A DNA stretch of 64,000 nucleotides from an uncultured bacterium (GTDB taxonomy: Bacteria > Fidelibacterota > Marinisomatia > Marinisomatales > JAHJCW01). A program made the translations under genes and the position numbers. The notes under the pieces were generated by a model, which worked only from the letters and a program-made list of their open reading frames with translations, made no database searches and was not told the origin of the DNA. Below, in pieces: positions 61,159 through 64,000 of the stretch (within the stretch, counting starts at the first letter, position 1; every line of letters begins with the position of its first letter). The DNA is taken from assembly GCA_965369995.1 (NCBI GenBank), contig CBDURO010000003.1, positions 8,292 to 72,291 of the forward strand. The letters are read 5' to 3'.

Positions 61159-61809
61159 ATGAAAAATAAAACAAATCCAAAATGGCTTAAGTGGGCACGT
61201 GAAATTCAACAATTATGTCAAACAGGTCTGGCATTTAGTGAATCTGAGTATGACACTCAGCGCTATAAAAAATTAACCGAAATCGCAGCGGAAATTGTTG
61301 CTACACACTCTTACATCAGCAAAAACGAGCTAACAGATAATTTTTTGGCTCATTCTGGTTACGCTACACCAAAAGTAGATATCCGTGCTGCAATAATTGA
61401 AAACAATAAAATTTTACTCGTACAAGAAAAGATGGATAAAAAATGGGTTCTGCCAGGTGGTTGGGCAGATGTAGGCGAATCTCCAACTGAGTCAGTGATT
61501 CGTGAAACTCAGGAAGAGTGTGGACTTAAAGTTGCTCCCAAAAAAGTGGTTGGTGTTTATGATGCAAATCGATATGGTCGCCCGCTGGAACTTTTCCATG
61601 CCTACAAACTTGTGTTTCTTTGTGAAAAGGTGGGTGGAAGTCTTAAAACCAGTACCGAAACAATAGCTGTTGATTTCTTTGACTTTGACACTTTACCACC
61701 TCTGTCCACTTCACGAACAGATGAAAAACATATAAATGATATATTGGCACATATAAACAATCCTTCTCTGCCTACAATATTTGAACAAAGTAGAGACGTT
61801 GCATGTTGA
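61159..61809 (+). CDS. NUDIX hydrolase with N-terminal helical domain
   Basis: Nudix box GGWADVGESPTESVIRETQEECGL; ATG at 61159 preferred over TTG at 61147. Confidence 0.88.
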   Translation: MKNKTNPKWLKWAREIQQLCQTGLAFSESEYDTQRYKKLTEIAAEIVATHSYISKNELTDNFLAHSGYATPKVDIRAAIIENNKILLVQEKMDKKWVLPGGWADVGESPTESVIRETQEECGLKVAPKKVVGVYDANRYGRPLELFHAYKLVFLCEKVGGSLKTSTETIAVDFFDFDTLPPLSTSRTDEKHINDILAHINNPSLPTIFEQSRDVAC

Positions 61810-61841
61810 AAATCCCGACTCTGTTGGGGCAATGTCTCTAC
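61790..61841. repeat. REP-like hairpin GTAGAGACGTTGC ... GCAATGTCTCTAC
   Basis: 13-nt arms, 12 of 13 complementary, 26-nt loop; the left arm encodes the last codons and stop of the Nudix gene. Confidence 0.6.
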
Positions 61842-61851
61842 AAAAATACAT

Positions 61852-62352
61852 TTAATTTTCTTTTAGGTTATCTCTCATTGCACGCCAAGAGGGCAAAAAC
61901 TGACCTGTCTGTTCCATATAAACTTTATATTTATCGCCAAATTTATTAAGCATATCGGTTTCTTCACGTTGCACTAACCACGACCAAATAATCGAAATTG
62001 GTATTACAGAAATAATTAATCCCCATGAATAGAATATCATAGCCAAAATTCCAGTAAAAGAGAAAATCCATACACTATAAATTGGGTGGCGGATAAATTG
62101 AAACGGACCTTGTTTAACAATCTCTTTTCCATGACCACCTTTTGCTAAATAATAATTTCCACCAATTAATAAATATAAGGCGTCAATCATAAAAATTGCC
62201 ATAAGTGCAGTTCTAAATGTTGGGTGTATTATCATTTTGGGAACCTTCAGAATACTCTCAATATAATACACAATAAACCAAATCAGGATTGTAACGACAA
62301 TTCCAAAAGGACCAATGCCAAACAATTGCCAGAATTGTTTATTAGGTATCAC
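61852..62352 (-). CDS. ICMT/PEMT-like membrane methyltransferase family protein
   Basis: Five or six TM segments; GPFQFIRHPIYS motif. Confidence 0.6.
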   Translation of the reverse strand: MIPNKQFWQLFGIGPFGIVVTILIWFIVYYIESILKVPKMIIHPTFRTALMAIFMIDALYLLIGGNYYLAKGGHGKEIVKQGPFQFIRHPIYSVWIFSFTGILAMIFYSWGLIISVIPISIIWSWLVQREETDMLNKFGDKYKVYMEQTGQFLPSWRAMRDNLKEN

Positions 62353-63776
62353 TTAGTTCTTTTGGGAATGTAAAGGTCTGTCACCGTACCGGAAAATATT
62401 TCTGCTGCATTCGCAAATGTTTCTGAGAGTGTCGGGTGAGGGTGAATCGTTAAACTCACATCTTCTGCATCAGCGCCCATTTCAATCGCTAACACTCCTT
62501 CCGAAATTATATCTCCGGCATGTGCCCCAACAATGCTAACACCTAAAAGTTTGCCGTTATCTGGATTAAAAAGAAGTTTGGTTTTCCCGATTGACTGTCC
62601 AAGCGCTATTGCTTTGCCACTGGCGCCCCATGGAAATTCCGTTTTCTTATATTCGATTCCCTTCTGCTGCGCTTCGGTTTCTGTTAATCCTGTCCAGGCA
62701 ATTTCCGGATTAGTGAATATTACCGCTGGGATGCTTTTTACGTCAAACGCTGCCGGTAAACCTGCGATTACTTCAGCAGCAACTTTGCCTTCGTGTGTTG
62801 CTTTGTGGGCAAGCATCGGCTCGCCGACCACATCACCGATGGCGAAAATATTTGTAACATTTGTTTTCTGCTTTTCGTCCACCTTAATAAATCCGTGTTC
62901 TGTAAGTTGAACACCAATTTTTTCTAAACCTAGGTTTTCGGTATTTGGTTTCCGCCCAACAGACACTAAAACTTTATCAAATTTTTGTTCAATCGTTTTT
63001 CCATTGTTTTCGATTGTTACAGCAAGTGATGAGTCTTTATTGGGTTTAACCGCAACAACCTTAGATTTGACCATAATCTGATGAAAGTCTTTCTTTAACT
63101 TGTGCTGTAAAAGACGGATAATGTCTTTATCGGTTTCGGGCAATAAAGAATCCAACATTTCAACTACCGTAACTTTTGATCCTAAAGAATTATAGACCGT
63201 AGCCATCTCAAGTCCGATATAGCCTCCGCCGATTATGAGCAGTGTTTTAGGAATATCTTCCAGCAACAGCGCTTCTTTTGAGGTCATAACTGACGGGTGG
63301 TCGTTTGGAATATTCGGTATTACAATTGATCGAGACCCGGTTGCGATTATTGCATTATCGAAAGATATTATATCTGATTTATCTTTACTTTTGATTTGTA
63401 TTTCATTTTTAGAATTAAATTTTGCCACGCCGGTAAAAACTTGAACCTTCCTTGCCTTTGCCATTTGTGCAATTCCTTTGTTCAGCTTTCCAACTACTTC
63501 GTTCTTCCAATTTCGTACTTTATCTAGATCAATTTTAGGTGCGTTAAACTTAATCCCTTTTCCTTCAAGTGCGTGTGCTTCTTCAATAATATGTGAAATG
63601 TGCAACAATGCTTTTGATGGAATACAGCCCCGGTTGAGACAGACGCCTCCAAGCACATCGTCTTTTTCAATAAGTGCAACACGTTTATCTAAATCAGCAG
63701 CTCTAAAAGCAGCAGCATAGCCACCGGGACCCGATCCAATTACAACTATATCAAAGGGTTTGTTTTTATCAGTCAT
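62349..63776 (-). CDS. lpdA: dihydrolipoyl dehydrogenase (E3)
   Basis: GSGPGGY, redox disulfide GGVCLNRGCIPSK, C-terminal HPHPTLSE. Confidence 0.95.
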   Translation of the reverse strand: MTDKNKPFDIVVIGSGPGGYAAAFRAADLDKRVALIEKDDVLGGVCLNRGCIPSKALLHISHIIEEAHALEGKGIKFNAPKIDLDKVRNWKNEVVGKLNKGIAQMAKARKVQVFTGVAKFNSKNEIQIKSKDKSDIISFDNAIIATGSRSIVIPNIPNDHPSVMTSKEALLLEDIPKTLLIIGGGYIGLEMATVYNSLGSKVTVVEMLDSLLPETDKDIIRLLQHKLKKDFHQIMVKSKVVAVKPNKDSSLAVTIENNGKTIEQKFDKVLVSVGRKPNTENLGLEKIGVQLTEHGFIKVDEKQKTNVTNIFAIGDVVGEPMLAHKATHEGKVAAEVIAGLPAAFDVKSIPAVIFTNPEIAWTGLTETEAQQKGIEYKKTEFPWGASGKAIALGQSIGKTKLLFNPDNGKLLGVSIVGAHAGDIISEGVLAIEMGADAEDVSLTIHPHPTLSETFANAAEIFSGTVTDLYIPKRTK

Positions 63777-63784
63777 AATAAATC

Positions 63785-64000
63785 CTATACTAAATTAGCG
63801 TTGGAAAGATTTTTAATATCCGACAACAATTCATTTAAAAATTTCATGAATCTAGCTGCCATTGCTCCATCAACAACACGGTGATCATACGATAATGTTA
63901 GTGGCAACATCAAACGACTATCAAAGTTCTTTCCATTAAATACCTGTTCATACTGTGCTCTTGAAACACCCAATATGGCAACTTCCGGTTGATTAACAAT
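63785..64000 (-). CDS. 2-oxoacid dehydrogenase E2 acyltransferase, C-terminal fragment (runs off the window)
   Basis: Catalytic motif [11 protein letters not shown]; the ORF is open to the window edge. Confidence 0.85.
   Translation of the reverse strand: MVNQPEVAILGVSRAQYEQVFNGKNFDSRLMLPLTLSYDHRVVDGAMAARFMKFLNELLSDIKNLSNANLV

Overview
This is an origin-proximal, mostly core-genome segment of an AT-rich Gram-negative-type bacterial chromosome. DUF3078 and a CarboxypepD_reg-type TonB receptor hint at the FCB group, but taxonomy cannot be assigned without a database search. Gene order, left to right: EamA permease (+), then plsC, ssb and dnaA (-). After a divergent gap come rpmH-yidD-yidC-mnmE-mnmG-mfd and two SurA/parvulin PPIases (+). 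A 430-bp DnaA-box and AT-rich gap follows, then dnaN-recF-DUF721-gyrB-gyrA-yggS, a degenerate PNP-like ORF and prolyl oligopeptidase (+). Next is a mixed block: psuG, small ORF, MATE, DUF1028-TPR, NPP phosphodiesterase, DUF3078, TonB receptor plus beta-helix lipoprotein, IYD-like nitroreductase and a FadL-like porin. An uninterrupted 11-gene purine string follows (purA-L-M-Q/S/S-C-E-B-F-D-N-H). The right end carries glpQ, a penicillin-acylase-family gene, a roughly 0.9-kb gene-poor stretch, mutM, a DHFR-family gene, an M16 peptidase, two lipoproteins, SDR, Nudix, an ICMT-like gene, lpd and a partial E2. I saw no rRNA, tRNA, CRISPR array, transposase, integrase, or recognisable defence or toxin-antitoxin genes. 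I did not find a convincing new multi-gene system, and the window looks largely ordinary. The observations most worth a second look are these: (1) two competing origin signals 11 kb apart, with a parS pair embedded in the mnmG and mfd start regions; (2) an apparent PurQ-PurS-PurS fusion, plus a short class-II-type PurE with no purK in the string; (3) a truncated, catalytically degenerate PNP-like ORF coupled to yggS; (4) several families of structured palindromic intergenic elements. All homology calls rest on by-eye motif recognition in the supplied translations, and no searches were run.
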